A stretch of 64,000 nucleotides of DNA. Source: Longimicrobiales bacterium (GTDB taxonomy: Bacteria; Gemmatimonadota; Gemmatimonadetes; Longimicrobiales; Gaopeijiaceae). Numbering within the stretch: the stretch's first letter is position 1; every line of letters begins with the position of its first letter. A program made the translations under genes and the position numbers. Below the pieces are notes generated by a model. The model saw nothing but the letters and a program-made list of their open reading frames with translations, ran no database searches and was not told the DNA's origin. The DNA lies in assembly GCA_965204735.1 (NCBI GenBank), contig OZ242008.1:2272001-2336000 (forward strand), read 5' to 3'. Shown here piece by piece: positions 45,055 through 54,909 of this stretch.

Positions 45055-47242
45055 ACCTCCTGGGCACCGTCACCGTGAACTCGGTGAACTCGCCTTCCTT
45101 GGTCTCGACCCGGAGGCTCCCGCCGTGCTCCTGGATGATCTCGTGGGAGATCGACAACCCCAGTCCCGTGCCCTTGGTGCCGGACTTGGTGGTGAAGAAG
45201 GGGTCGAAGATCTTCTTCACCACCTTCTCGGGAATGCCCGTGCCGTTGTCCCGGATCGACACCAGCACGCGGTCCTCCTCGCCCTTGGTGCGGAGCACGA
45301 CCGTGGGCGAGTAGCCCTCTTCGCCGCTCTTGCGCCGGATCTCCGTCGCCTGGCAGGCGTTGGTGATGACGTTGAGGAAGACGCGGCTCAGGTCCCTGGC
45401 GATCGCGTGGACCTTGCCGGCGTCCTCGTCGAACTCCCGTTCGATCGTCACGTTGAACATCGAGTCGGAGGCCCGGAGCCCGTGGTAGGCCAGCTTGGCG
45501 TACTCGTCCAGCACCTGGTTCACGTCTACTTCCTCGGGCTGTCCCGCCTCCTCCCGGGAGTGGGCCAGCATCCCCTCCACGATCCGGTTGGCGCGCCCCC
45601 CGTGCTCGCGCACCTTGGTGACGTTCAGCTTCAGGTCCCCCAGGATCTCTTCCAGGTACTCGCGGTCGATCTCGCCGTTCTCGTCGTCCTCCATCTCCTC
45701 TCGGAGCTCGTCGATCAGCTCCTTCGAGAGGGCCGCGAAGTTGTTCACGAAGTTGAGCGGGTTGCGGATCTCGTGGGCGATCCCCGCGGTGAGGGCGCCC
45801 AGCGAGGCCAGCTTCTCCTGCTGGGCCACCTGCTGCTGGGTGCGCCGCAGGTTCTCCAGCGTCTCCTCCAGCGCCTCGTTCTTGGCCTGCACCTCGCTGG
45901 CCAGCTTCTCGACCAAGTTGAGGCGCTGCACCTCCAGGGCGTGCTTGCGGAAGACCTCCAGGTCCGCCGCCATGTCGGCCACTTCGTCGTCGCCAGTGAT
46001 CTCGACCTTCACCCTCAGGTCGCCCTGGGTCATGCGCCGCATGGCGTCCGAGAGGTGCTGGACCCTCGCCAGCAGCCGCTCGCCGAAGAACTTCCAGCCC
46101 ACGACGACGGCGGCGGCCACCGCCAGCACGTTGACGGTCAGGATCAGCCACCAGCCCAACCGCAGCAGCGCGCCCGAATCGGACGCGGCGGTTCGGGCCG
46201 CGCCCTCGGCGTTCCCCACCGCCTCGTTGACCTGCTCGACCAGCTCCGAACTCGTCTGGCGGTTCTGGACCAGCAACTCCTGGGAGCGCGCGATCTCCTC
46301 CAGCCACATTCGGCGGGTCGTCAGCACGCCGTCCGAGGCGCCGTCGTACAGCGCCCGCAACGCGTTCACTCGGGGCCGCAGCCGCTCGGCCAGCGCCGGG
46401 GGAACTTCGCCGAGCCCCGCCTCGAGCTGGCTGAACGCGGTGTTGAAGCGCTCCTGGTTGGCCCCCAGCTGGGTGACCAGGTCCTCCGACATCGCCTGGA
46501 ACATGACGGTGACGACCGCGCGCTGGGCGACGCGCAGGTCCACGAGCGCTCGGTGCCGGTCCAGCTCGACCTGGGCGGTCCGCGCCCCCCGGGAGGCCGG
46601 CTGGTCGGTCAGCTCCCGCAAGCCCGTGTCGATGAAGAACTCCTGGTCGTCGAGTTCGCCTTCGAGGAAGTTGGAGATGCTCAGGTCCACCGCCTCGATC
46701 TCGTCGTCGAGGGCCGCCAGCCGGGCGCCGTGCTCCAGCCTCCGGTCCACCGACGTCCTGATCTCCTCGGTCCGGGTCAAGAGGAGCCGAAGCATGGGCG
46801 CCGCGCCCTCGGTCATCCCCTCTTCCTGGGTGATGGCGGCCACCTGCTGCCCCAGGTCCTCCTCCACGGCCAGCACGGTCTGCCAGACGGTCTCCAGCGC
46901 CTCGGGCGTGTCGGCGGCGACCAGCTGGGGCGAGGCCTGGACGAGATCCGACGTGCTTCGAGCCACGGCGAAGGCGGCGACCAGGGCCGGCATGTGGCCG
47001 TCGGTGACCTCCTCCTGGCGGTTGCCCAGGATCGTCATCAGGCCCAGAGCCAGGAAGCTGGCGCACAGGGTCAGCACGACGCCGCCCCCCAGCCCCACCA
47101 CGACTTGGCTGCCGATGCCGAAGCGCCCGCCCGTGACCTTGCGCACGCGTTCGCTCACGCCTTCGGGGAGGATCGACAGAACCCACTCGAACGCCGCCTG
47201 GACGTGCTGGTCCAGTCCCTTCGGGGGACCCGCGGCCTTCAT
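45041..47242 (-). CDS. Membrane sensor histidine kinase (large periplasmic helical domain, HAMP, HisKA, HATPase)
   Basis: Two TM segments flank about 290 aa. It has a HAMP domain (GDL...TGDDEVADMA), an H-box (AGIAHEIRNPLNF), an N-box (NVITNA), DNGTG and FDPFFTTK...GTGLGL. Confidence 0.93.
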   Translation of the reverse strand: MKAAGPPKGLDQHVQAAFEWVLSILPEGVSERVRKVTGGRFGIGSQVVVGLGGGVVLTLCASFLALGLMTILGNRQEEVTDGHMPALVAAFAVARSTSDLVQASPQLVAADTPEALETVWQTVLAVEEDLGQQVAAITQEEGMTEGAAPMLRLLLTRTEEIRTSVDRRLEHGARLAALDDEIEAVDLSISNFLEGELDDQEFFIDTGLRELTDQPASRGARTAQVELDRHRALVDLRVAQRAVVTVMFQAMSEDLVTQLGANQERFNTAFSQLEAGLGEVPPALAERLRPRVNALRALYDGASDGVLTTRRMWLEEIARSQELLVQNRQTSSELVEQVNEAVGNAEGAARTAASDSGALLRLGWWLILTVNVLAVAAAVVVGWKFFGERLLARVQHLSDAMRRMTQGDLRVKVEITGDDEVADMAADLEVFRKHALEVQRLNLVEKLASEVQAKNEALEETLENLRRTQQQVAQQEKLASLGALTAGIAHEIRNPLNFVNNFAALSKELIDELREEMEDDENGEIDREYLEEILGDLKLNVTKVREHGGRANRIVEGMLAHSREEAGQPEEVDVNQVLDEYAKLAYHGLRASDSMFNVTIEREFDEDAGKVHAIARDLSRVFLNVITNACQATEIRRKSGEEGYSPTVVLRTKGEEDRVLVSIRDNGTGIPEKVVKKIFDPFFTTKSGTKGTGLGLSISHEIIQEHGGSLRVETKEGEFTEFTVTVPRRYAGE

Positions 47243-48516
47243 CGGGAAAGACGCTCCACCGGCTGGAACCTGCCGCCTCGGATGACCGTCAGAAACACCT
47301 CGTCGGAGCCCTGGTTGTCGTTTTCCCCGTACTCCACGTGGAAGCCGTCCAGGTCGATGGGGCCGGCCTCGCGAAGCTCTTCGAGGAACCTAACCCGGGT
47401 GGGCTCCTCGTCGGGCTCCAGCCGCCGCAGGACTTCCGCCGCGAGGCGTCCGGCCAAGTACCCTTCCAGCGAGACGAAGCCGGGGACCGCGGCCGGCGCC
47501 ACGGCGCGGAGGGCGGCATGGTAGCTCGCCACCACGGGAACCGACAGGTCGGAGGGAAACGGCACCACCTGGGTCACCACCACCCCGTTGCCCGCGTCGC
47601 CCAGCTCGTTGAGCAAGGCGTTGCTGCCCACGAAGGAGATGTTGACGATCACCGCGTTCAACCCCAGGCGCCGCGCCCATCGGATGAAGACCGCCGTCGG
47701 TCGGTACGCCCCGATGACGATCACCGCCTGAGGGCGTCCCTCCCTGATGTCCAGAAGCGCTCGCTTCACGGCCGTGGTGTTCCGCATGTACGTGCCCTCG
47801 CTGACCAGGGACATGTTGCGCCGGCCCAGGGCGATCCGCACTCCGCTGAGGCCGGCGCGGCCGTAGCTGTCGTCCTGGTACAGGATCGCGATCCGATCGA
47901 AGCCCAGGTCGCCGTTCGCAGGGGAGCCGGTCAGGCGCGCCACCATCTCCTCGGTCTCCTGGTAGTAGGAAGCGCGCACGTTCACCACCGACGGGCGCTC
48001 GTCGGCGCGGAGGAACTCGGCCCCCGTGAACGGCGCGATGTAGGGCACCGACTGGGAGCTGGCCACCGGCTCGGCCGCCGTCGAGGTGGGGGTGCCCACC
48101 GCGCCGATCAGGCCGAAGACGCCCGATTCGATCAGCTCCGCCGTGTTGCGGGCGGCGGCCTCGGGCTCGTAGCCGTCGTCGCGGGCGATCAGCCGAAGCG
48201 CCCGGCCGTGCACGCCCCCGTCTCGGTTCGCCTCTTCGAACGCCGCCCGGATGCCCAGGTTCATGTTGGCGCCCAGCGCCATGGCGTCGCCCGACAGCGC
48301 CGCCGACTGGCCGAAGACGATCGAATCGGGGAACACTCCCTGCGACGGCTCCTGGGACGGCTCCTGGGCCGCGACGCCCCGCCCGAGCACGCCCGCCGCC
48401 GCCAGCCCGGCAACACCGCCCGCTTTGGCGAAGCCGCCCAGCCAGAGCGCGACGCCCCGCCCGAAGCCGCGTCCGCCCGGCCCCGGGCCCCTCGCCCTCC
48501 CGGCTCGCCGGCTCAC
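47239..48516 (-). CDS. Periplasmic substrate-binding protein (type 1, branched-chain amino acid-binding family-like)
   Basis: It contains FGQSAALSG, GIRAAFEEANRDGGVHGR, DDGYEP, VGTPT, NVRASYYQET, YQDDSYG and SLEGYLAG. Its start and stop overlap the neighbouring genes. The start is estimated. Confidence 0.88.
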   Translation of the reverse strand: MSRRAGRARGPGPGGRGFGRGVALWLGGFAKAGGVAGLAAAGVLGRGVAAQEPSQEPSQGVFPDSIVFGQSAALSGDAMALGANMNLGIRAAFEEANRDGGVHGRALRLIARDDGYEPEAAARNTAELIESGVFGLIGAVGTPTSTAAEPVASSQSVPYIAPFTGAEFLRADERPSVVNVRASYYQETEEMVARLTGSPANGDLGFDRIAILYQDDSYGRAGLSGVRIALGRRNMSLVSEGTYMRNTTAVKRALLDIREGRPQAVIVIGAYRPTAVFIRWARRLGLNAVIVNISFVGSNALLNELGDAGNGVVVTQVVPFPSDLSVPVVASYHAALRAVAPAAVPGFVSLEGYLAGRLAAEVLRRLEPDEEPTRVRFLEELREAGPIDLDGFHVEYGENDNQGSDEVFLTVIRGGRFQPVERLSR

Positions 48517-49667
48517 TCGGGCCCCACGTACTTGAGAGCCAAGCAGGTGATGTCGTCGGACTGGGGAGCGTCGCCGGCGTGAGCCTTCACGGCCTTCACC
48601 ACATGGCGCCTCACGTCTTCGGCGCTGGCGCCGGCGCACTCGCCCAGCGAGTTGGCCAGGGCGTCCTCGCCGAACTCCTCGCCGTCCTCGTTCATCGCCT
48701 CGGTGACGCCGTCGGTGTAGAGGAAGAAGGTGTCGCCCGGCTCCAGCTCGATGCTGCCGCCCGGAAACTCGAAGTCGGGGATCACACCCAGCACCAGCCC
48801 CGACTCGCTCTCCACCTGCCTCACCTCGCCCGACGCCTTCACCACGTACGGCAGGTTGTGGCCTCCGTTGGCGTACTCCAGCAGCCCGCTGGACGGGTTG
48901 AAGTTGGTGTAGAAGACGGTCACGAACATCGACTCCTCGTTGGACTCGGCCAGCAGGTCGTTCACCTCGGCCATGCACTTGGCCGGATCGGGGTTTCCGA
49001 TCGCCGTTCCCTTCACCAAGGTCCGGCTGACCATCATGAAGAGAGCCGCCGGCACGCCCTTCCCGGACACGTCGGCGACCACCATCGCCAGCCGGTCGTT
49101 CTCCAGCTTGAAGAAGTCGTAGAAGTCGCCCCCCACCTCCTGGGCCGGCGTCATCCACGCGTGCAGGTCGTAGCGGGGGTCGTCGGGGAAGTCGGTGGGC
49201 AGGATCGACTCCTGCATCTTGGCGGCCACCCCCAACTCCCGGCGCAGAGCCACCAGCTCGTCCCTGGACCGAAGCGCGTCGCGCATGACCTGAAGGTGGG
49301 CCAAGGTCTTGGAGATGGTGGTGTCCAAGTCGTCAAAGTCGATCGGCTTGGTCACGAAGTCGAAGGCGCCGCGGTTCATCGCGGTGCGGATGTTCTTCAT
49401 GTCCCCGTAGGCCGTGACGATCACCGCCCGAAGGTCCAGGTGGAGGCTGTTGAGCTGGTGGAGCAGGGTGAGGCCGTCCATCTCGGGCATGTTGATGTCC
49501 GACAGGACCATGTCCACGTCGCTGTGGGCCCGAAGCTTCTCCAGGGCTTGGACGCCGTTCTGGGCGAAGACCAGGTCGATCTCGCCCTTCCGTATTCTGC
49601 GGCGGAACTTCTGGGTCAGGAGTATCTCGAGATCGGGTTCGTCGTCGACGACCAGGATCTTCGCCAT
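48513..49667 (-). CDS. Response-regulator receiver fused to a SpoIIE/PP2C phosphatase (RsbU-like)
   Basis: The REC domain reads MAKILVVDDE, SDINMPEMDG, TAYG and DFVTKP. The PP2C domain reads VGGDFYD, ADVSGKG, NGGH, YTDGVTEA and QSDDIT. Confidence 0.93.
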   Translation of the reverse strand: MAKILVVDDEPDLEILLTQKFRRRIRKGEIDLVFAQNGVQALEKLRAHSDVDMVLSDINMPEMDGLTLLHQLNSLHLDLRAVIVTAYGDMKNIRTAMNRGAFDFVTKPIDFDDLDTTISKTLAHLQVMRDALRSRDELVALRRELGVAAKMQESILPTDFPDDPRYDLHAWMTPAQEVGGDFYDFFKLENDRLAMVVADVSGKGVPAALFMMVSRTLVKGTAIGNPDPAKCMAEVNDLLAESNEESMFVTVFYTNFNPSSGLLEYANGGHNLPYVVKASGEVRQVESESGLVLGVIPDFEFPGGSIELEPGDTFFLYTDGVTEAMNEDGEEFGEDALANSLGECAGASAEDVRRHVVKAVKAHAGDAPQSDDITCLALKYVGPE

Positions 49668-49825
49668 TCGGAATCGCTCCGCGTCCCCCCGACGGGCCTT
49701 CTTCGTCCGCCGGGGGCCGGCTTGGGGATGAAGGAGGGCGGCCGCCCCGGGTGGACGACCCCATGCAACAAATGTAGCGCCCCGTCCATCGAACCGCTTG
49801 CGGACTCCGGACGCCTCGCCGTGCC

Positions 49826-49914
49826 GCGGACGGCCCCTGCGCGAGGTGGACAGCTTGGAGCCTCCCGGCGTCTCCCGAGCCTCCCGGCGGACGACCCCTG
49901 CGCAAGGTGGACAG
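49826..49914. repeat. 28-bp direct repeat (two copies, 61 bp apart) in the divergent PP2C/glnA intergenic region
   Basis: GCGGACGGCCCCTGCGCGAGGTGGACAG (49826-49853) and GCGGACGACCCCTGCGCAAGGTGGACAG (49887-49914) differ at two positions. Confidence 0.85.
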
Positions 49915-49936
49915 TCCCCGTCGAATCTTGTACAAT
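49908..49936 (+). promoter_or_regulatory. Candidate sigma70 promoter for glnA
   Basis: The sequence is TGGACA-17 nt-TACAAT, with each hexamer one mismatch from consensus. A GAGGAG element follows upstream of the glnA ATG. Confidence 0.6.
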
Positions 49937-50010
49937 GTTGCCGCGCGGACGGGCGGACCCGACCGGCGCGACCTAATCCCTTCAGCCCCATGAGGAGACC
50001 ACTCCGCAAG

Positions 50011-51420
50011 ATGGCAGACATCGACGCAGTGCTCGGAACGATCCGAGACCGGGACGTGGAGTTCGTGGACCTGCGGTTCACGGATCCCCGCGGCCGCTGG
50101 CACCACGTGACCCTGACGACGGACGCCTTCGACGAGGACGCCTTCGAGGACGGAATCATGTTCGACGGTTCCTCCATCGCAGGCTGGAAGAGCATCGACA
50201 AGTCCGACATGGCTCTCTTTCCGGACCCCGGGACCGCCGCCATGGACCCCTTCATGGCCGACAGGACGCTCTATCTGATCTGCGACGTCCACGAGCCCAC
50301 GACCGGCGAGCGCTACTCCCGCTGTCCCCGCTCCACCGCCAAGGACGCCGAGGCGTACCTGGCCTTCTCGGGAGTCGGCGACACGGCCTACTTCGGCCCA
50401 GAGCCGGAGTTCTTCCTCTTCGACGACGTGCGCTTCGGCGTCGACCCGAACCACTCCTTCTTCCGGCTGAACGACGTGGAGGGCCCCTACAACACGGGCA
50501 GCGCGCTGGAAGGCGGGAACAAGGGCCACCGGCCGCGCACCAAGGGCGGCTACTTCCCCCTCCCGCCGGTGGACTCGGTGCAGGACGTCCGCAGCGACAT
50601 GCTCAAGGCGCTCAACCACGCCGGCGTCGCCGTGGAGAAGCACCACCACGAGGTCGCGGCCAGCCAGCACGAGCTGGGGATCGTCTTCGCCCCCATGACG
50701 ATGATGGGCGACAAGCTCCAGGTGTACCGCTACGTGGTGCTGAACGTGGCGGCGCGTCACGGCAAGACGGCGACCTTCATGCCGAAGCCGGTCGTCGGCG
50801 ACAACGGCTCCGGGATGCACTGCAACCAGTCCGTCTGGAAGGAAGGCGAGAACCAGTTCTCGGGAACGGGCTACTCCGACCTTTCGGAGACCGCCCTCCA
50901 CTACATCGGCGGGATCATGAAGCACGCCCGGGCGATCAACGCCTTCTCCAACCCCAGCACGAACAGCTACAAGCGCCTCGTGCCGGGCTTCGAGGCGCCG
51001 GTGCTCCTGGCCTACTCGGCCCGCAACCGCTCCGCCTCCTGCCGCATCCCCCACGTCACGTCGGCGAAGGCCCGACGGGTCGAAGTCCGCTTCCCGGACC
51101 CCACGGCCAACCCCTACCTGGCGTTCTCGGCCATGCTGATGGCCGGGCTGGACGGCATCGAGAACCGGATCGACCCCGGCCCGCCGATGGACAAGGATCT
51201 CTACGCTCTGCCGCCGGAGGAGCTGAAGGACATCCCCACCGTCTCCCACTCGCTGCGGGACGCCTTGGACGCCCTCGAGTCGGACCACGAGTTCCTGACC
51301 CGGGGCGATGTGTTCACCAAGGACCAGATCGACGCCTACGTCGAGCTCAAGATGGACGAGGTGGTGCGGTTCGAGCAGGCGCCCCACCCGGTCGAGTACG
51401 ACATGTACTTCTCGCCGTGA
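50011..51420 (+). CDS. glnA: Glutamine synthetase type I (adenylylatable)
   Basis: It contains [65 protein letters not shown] and the adenylylation loop [12 protein letters not shown]. Confidence 0.97.
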   Translation: MADIDAVLGTIRDRDVEFVDLRFTDPRGRWHHVTLTTDAFDEDAFEDGIMFDGSSIAGWKSIDKSDMALFPDPGTAAMDPFMADRTLYLICDVHEPTTGERYSRCPRSTAKDAEAYLAFSGVGDTAYFGPEPEFFLFDDVRFGVDPNHSFFRLNDVEGPYNTGSALEGGNKGHRPRTKGGYFPLPPVDSVQDVRSDMLKALNHAGVAVEKHHHEVAASQHELGIVFAPMTMMGDKLQVYRYVVLNVAARHGKTATFMPKPVVGDNGSGMHCNQSVWKEGENQFSGTGYSDLSETALHYIGGIMKHARAINAFSNPSTNSYKRLVPGFEAPVLLAYSARNRSASCRIPHVTSAKARRVEVRFPDPTANPYLAFSAMLMAGLDGIENRIDPGPPMDKDLYALPPEELKDIPTVSHSLRDALDALESDHEFLTRGDVFTKDQIDAYVELKMDEVVRFEQAPHPVEYDMYFSP

Positions 51421-51475
51421 CCGCTGGGGAAGACGCGAACCGCAACGAACAGCGAGAACCACGGCCGAGCACGGC

Positions 51476-54433
51476 GTGACGACCGACGGCGTGCTTGCCG
51501 TTGCGGCAGGCGTTCCCGGGTTCGGAAGCCTTCGGGGACACAGGGAGGAAGCCGCGGCGGCAGGGCTGTCCCGGTTGCGCGACGCGGCCGAGCGAACGGG
51601 AAGGACGGCTCTCGGGGAGGCCTTGGGGTCCCCCGAGGGCCGGGTCTTCTTCTCGTTTCTGCTGGGCAACAGCCCCTACCTGACTCGACTGCTCCTCCGG
51701 GACCTGGAGTTCTCCCAGAGCCTGGTGGAGGATTCGCCGGACGCCGTGGTCGGCAGGATTCGGAACGAGCTGGCGGAGGCCGATCCGACGATGGGCCGGG
51801 ACGAGCTCATGAAGTTCCTGCGCTTCCAGCGGAGCCGGGTGGCCGTGGTCGCGGCGGCGTGGGACTGCTTCGGCGTCGCCGACGTCATGGAGTGCTGCGC
51901 GCTCCTCTCGGACATGGCCGACCACGCCGTCCGCCTGGCCGTCTCCCACCTGCTGCTGGACCGGGTGCGGCGCGGCGAGATGAAGCTGCCCGAGGAGGAG
52001 TCGCCCGGAGGCAGCAGGCGCTGGGGGTACTTCGCGCTGGCCATGGGCAAGCACGGCTCCCGCGAGCTCAACTACTCCTCCGACGTCGACTTGGTGGTGC
52101 TCTACGACCCCGATGCCGTGGAGTACACCGGCTCGCGGAGCCTGCGGGACTGCTTCGTCCGGGTCACCCGCGACCTGGCCCGCATCCTCCAGGCGCGCAC
52201 CGCCGACGGATACGTCTTCCGCACGGACCTGCGCCTCCGTCCCGACGCGTCGTCCACCCCTCCGGCGATCGAGGTGGAGTTCGCGCTGAACTACTACAAC
52301 ACCTTCGGGCGCACCTGGGAGCGGGCCGCCCTGATCAAGGCGCGCCCCGTGGGCGGGGACCTGGAGGCGGGCGCGGCGTTCCTGTCGCGGCTGTCGCCCT
52401 TCATCTGGGACGAGGGACTCGATTTCACTTCGGTGGAGGAGATCCGCTCGATGAGTCAGCAGATCCACGACTTCCACGGCCACGGCGCCGTCTCGGCGGC
52501 AGGTCACGACGTGAAGCTGGGACGCGGCGGCATACGCGAGATCGAGTTCTTCGTCCACATGCACCAGCTGGCCTACGGAGGGCGCAACCGCAGGCTGCGG
52601 GGGGCCGGGCTGCTGGCGATGCTGGAGACGCTGGAGGAGGAGAACCACGTCCTGCCCCGGGAGACGGCCACGCTGCGCAAGAGCTACCTGCTGCTGCGGC
52701 GGGTCGAGCACCGCCTCCAGATGATCAACGACGACCAGACCCAGAAGCTCCCCGAGACGGCGGACGGGCTGGAGCACGTGGCCGCGTTCATGGGGCTTTC
52801 GTCCGCCGAAGAGCTGTCGGGGATGGTCGAGCGCTCGGCCGATCAGGTCCACGACCTCTACCGCACCCGCTTCAACGTCCCCGAGAGCGAGCAGGACATC
52901 ACCGCCACGATCCTGGAGGGTCCCGAGGGCTCCTCCGACGCCGTGGCGAAGCTGGAGGCCGCCGGATTCGTCCGGGCCCTCACCGCCGTGGAGATATTCC
53001 GGGGCTGGGCCGAGGGCCGCTACGAGGCCACGAGCACGGAGCGCGCGCGGACGATCGTCCGGGAGATCCTCCACGAGATCATCGCCGCGCTGGGCAAGAC
53101 CCCCGACCCGGACCGGGCGCTCGCCCGGATGGACAAGTTCCTGGACGCCCTCCCCGAAGACGTCTCCTTCTTCTCCATGCTTCGGGCCAACACCTGGCTC
53201 CTCAACCTCATCGCCGTCGTGATGGGAAGCGCCCCCCGGATCGCGGACACGCTGGGCGCCCACCCTCGTCTGCTGAAGGCGGTGCTGGACCCGTCGTTCT
53301 TCCTGCCGCTTCCCGACCGGGCATCCCTCGTCGCGGAGCTGGAGGAGCAGCTGGAGGAAGTGGCGGGCGCCGAGGAGCGGAGCGCCCGAACGGCGGCGTG
53401 GGCGGACGACCGCCGCTTCCAGGTCGGCGTCCAGACGTTGCAGAACCTGGTCACCGTGGACGAGGCGTCCACGTCCCTCTCCCACATCGCCGAGGTGTCG
53501 ATAGAGGTTCTGCTGCGGGACGTGCTGGCCGAGCTTCGGGAGCGCCACGGCGAGGTGCCGGGAAGCTCGTGCGCCGTGGTGGCGATGGGCAAGCTGGGCG
53601 CCCTCGAGATGACCTTCGAGTCGGACCTGGACCTCCTCTTCGTCGCCGACGTGGAGGACGAGTCGCGGGAGAGCCTGGGACCCAAGCCCGTCGAGGCCCG
53701 GCGCTTCTACGCCCGGGCGGCGCAGCGGCTGATCGCCGCCCTCCAGACCCGGTCGGCGGCCGGCAAGCTCTACGAGGTGGACATGCGGCTGCGGCCTTCG
53801 GGCGAGAGCGGACCGCTGGTGACCACGCTTCGCGCCTTCCGCGAGTACCACGCAGGAGCTGCCTGGACGTGGGAGCACATGTCGCTCACCCGGGCCCGGG
53901 TCGTGGCGGGGGACCCTGCGGCGGTAGCGGCTGCGGAGGCCGAGATCCGGAGGGTCCTGACCCGCGACCGCGACCCGGACGAGCTGCTCCGGGACGTGGC
54001 GCAGATGCGTCGGCGGGTCGCCGCCGAGTACCCGTCCACCGAGCCCTTCGAGCTCAAGTACGTGCGGGGCGGACTTGTGGACTTGGAGTTCGTCGCCCAG
54101 TATCTTCAGTTGCTCCATGCGAAGCACGACCCCCAGGTGTTGGCCGGGGGAACCGTTGCATGCTTGCGGGCCCTTGCAGGCGCGGGATTCCTGGACGCCG
54201 AAGAAGCCGAGTTCTTGGCCGACGCGGTTGGAATGCAGCGTGCCATCCAAGCGATCTTGAGGCTCGCATGGAGCGGAAGCGACTCGGTGCGTTCGGCCCC
54301 GAAGGCACTTCGCAGCAAGCTGGCCAACGCCCTCGAATGCGACGACTTCGACGAGCTGGAGTCGAAGCTGCGGGGCACGCAGGAGAAGGTGCACGAAGCC
54401 TTCCGTCGCCACCTCGGCCGGGAGGTCGAATGA
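51476..54433 (+). CDS. glnE: Bifunctional glutamine synthetase adenylyltransferase / adenylyl-removing enzyme
   Basis: It has two nucleotidyltransferase halves: MGKHGSRELNYSSDVDL...DLRLRPD...KLGRGGIREIEF and MGKLGALEMTFESDLDL...DMRLRPSG...KYVRGGLVDLEF. The start (GTG) is estimated. Confidence 0.95.
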   Translation: MTTDGVLAVAAGVPGFGSLRGHREEAAAAGLSRLRDAAERTGRTALGEALGSPEGRVFFSFLLGNSPYLTRLLLRDLEFSQSLVEDSPDAVVGRIRNELAEADPTMGRDELMKFLRFQRSRVAVVAAAWDCFGVADVMECCALLSDMADHAVRLAVSHLLLDRVRRGEMKLPEEESPGGSRRWGYFALAMGKHGSRELNYSSDVDLVVLYDPDAVEYTGSRSLRDCFVRVTRDLARILQARTADGYVFRTDLRLRPDASSTPPAIEVEFALNYYNTFGRTWERAALIKARPVGGDLEAGAAFLSRLSPFIWDEGLDFTSVEEIRSMSQQIHDFHGHGAVSAAGHDVKLGRGGIREIEFFVHMHQLAYGGRNRRLRGAGLLAMLETLEEENHVLPRETATLRKSYLLLRRVEHRLQMINDDQTQKLPETADGLEHVAAFMGLSSAEELSGMVERSADQVHDLYRTRFNVPESEQDITATILEGPEGSSDAVAKLEAAGFVRALTAVEIFRGWAEGRYEATSTERARTIVREILHEIIAALGKTPDPDRALARMDKFLDALPEDVSFFSMLRANTWLLNLIAVVMGSAPRIADTLGAHPRLLKAVLDPSFFLPLPDRASLVAELEEQLEEVAGAEERSARTAAWADDRRFQVGVQTLQNLVTVDEASTSLSHIAEVSIEVLLRDVLAELRERHGEVPGSSCAVVAMGKLGALEMTFESDLDLLFVADVEDESRESLGPKPVEARRFYARAAQRLIAALQTRSAAGKLYEVDMRLRPSGESGPLVTTLRAFREYHAGAAWTWEHMSLTRARVVAGDPAAVAAAEAEIRRVLTRDRDPDELLRDVAQMRRRVAAEYPSTEPFELKYVRGGLVDLEFVAQYLQLLHAKHDPQVLAGGTVACLRALAGAGFLDAEEAEFLADAVGMQRAIQAILRLAWSGSDSVRSAPKALRSKLANALECDDFDELESKLRGTQEKVHEAFRRHLGREVE

Positions 54434-54909
54434 GGGAAGGCCGAGCCGGGAGAAGCAGCTGCGTGGGTCCCAAGGTGAAGACGGACGTCAAGCTGGACGA
54501 GGCCGAACCGAGGCGCGTGGTCAAGCTCTTCGAGCACTTCGCAGCCGAGCACGGATTGCCCGTCGAGATGGTGCAGCGCTTCGAGCTGGCTCTGGACGAG
54601 GTCTTGACCAACGTGGTGAGCTACGCCTTTCCCGACGGCGCCGAAGACCCCAGCGTCAGGGTGACGATGCAGATGGACGACGCGTGGCTGAAGGTTCGGG
54701 TCCAGGACAACGGACCCGAGTTCGACCCGCTCCACGATGCTCAGGAGCCCGATCTTTCCCTCGACGCCGAAGAGCGCCCCATTGGGGGCCTCGGCATCTT
54801 CCTCGCCAAGACGTTCGTCCATACGCTCACCTACGAGCGAGTGGACGGATGCAACCGCCTTACCCTCTCACAGCCCCTGGAGGCTCCCTCGGAGAACGCC
54901 AATCCATGA
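54430..54909 (+). CDS. Anti-sigma-factor-type Ser/Thr kinase (RsbW-like HATPase)
   Basis: It contains ELALDEVLTNVVSYA, DNGPEFDP and ERPIGGLGIFL. The ATG overlaps the glnE stop (ATGA), with GGAGG upstream. Confidence 0.88.
   Translation: MREGRAGRSSCVGPKVKTDVKLDEAEPRRVVKLFEHFAAEHGLPVEMVQRFELALDEVLTNVVSYAFPDGAEDPSVRVTMQMDDAWLKVRVQDNGPEFDPLHDAQEPDLSLDAEERPIGGLGIFLAKTFVHTLTYERVDGCNRLTLSQPLEAPSENANP

Noticed and set aside
49668..50010. Sigma54/NtrC control of glnA
   Set aside because: I found no convincing TGGCAC-N5-TTGC element by eye. A sigma70-like pair fits better.
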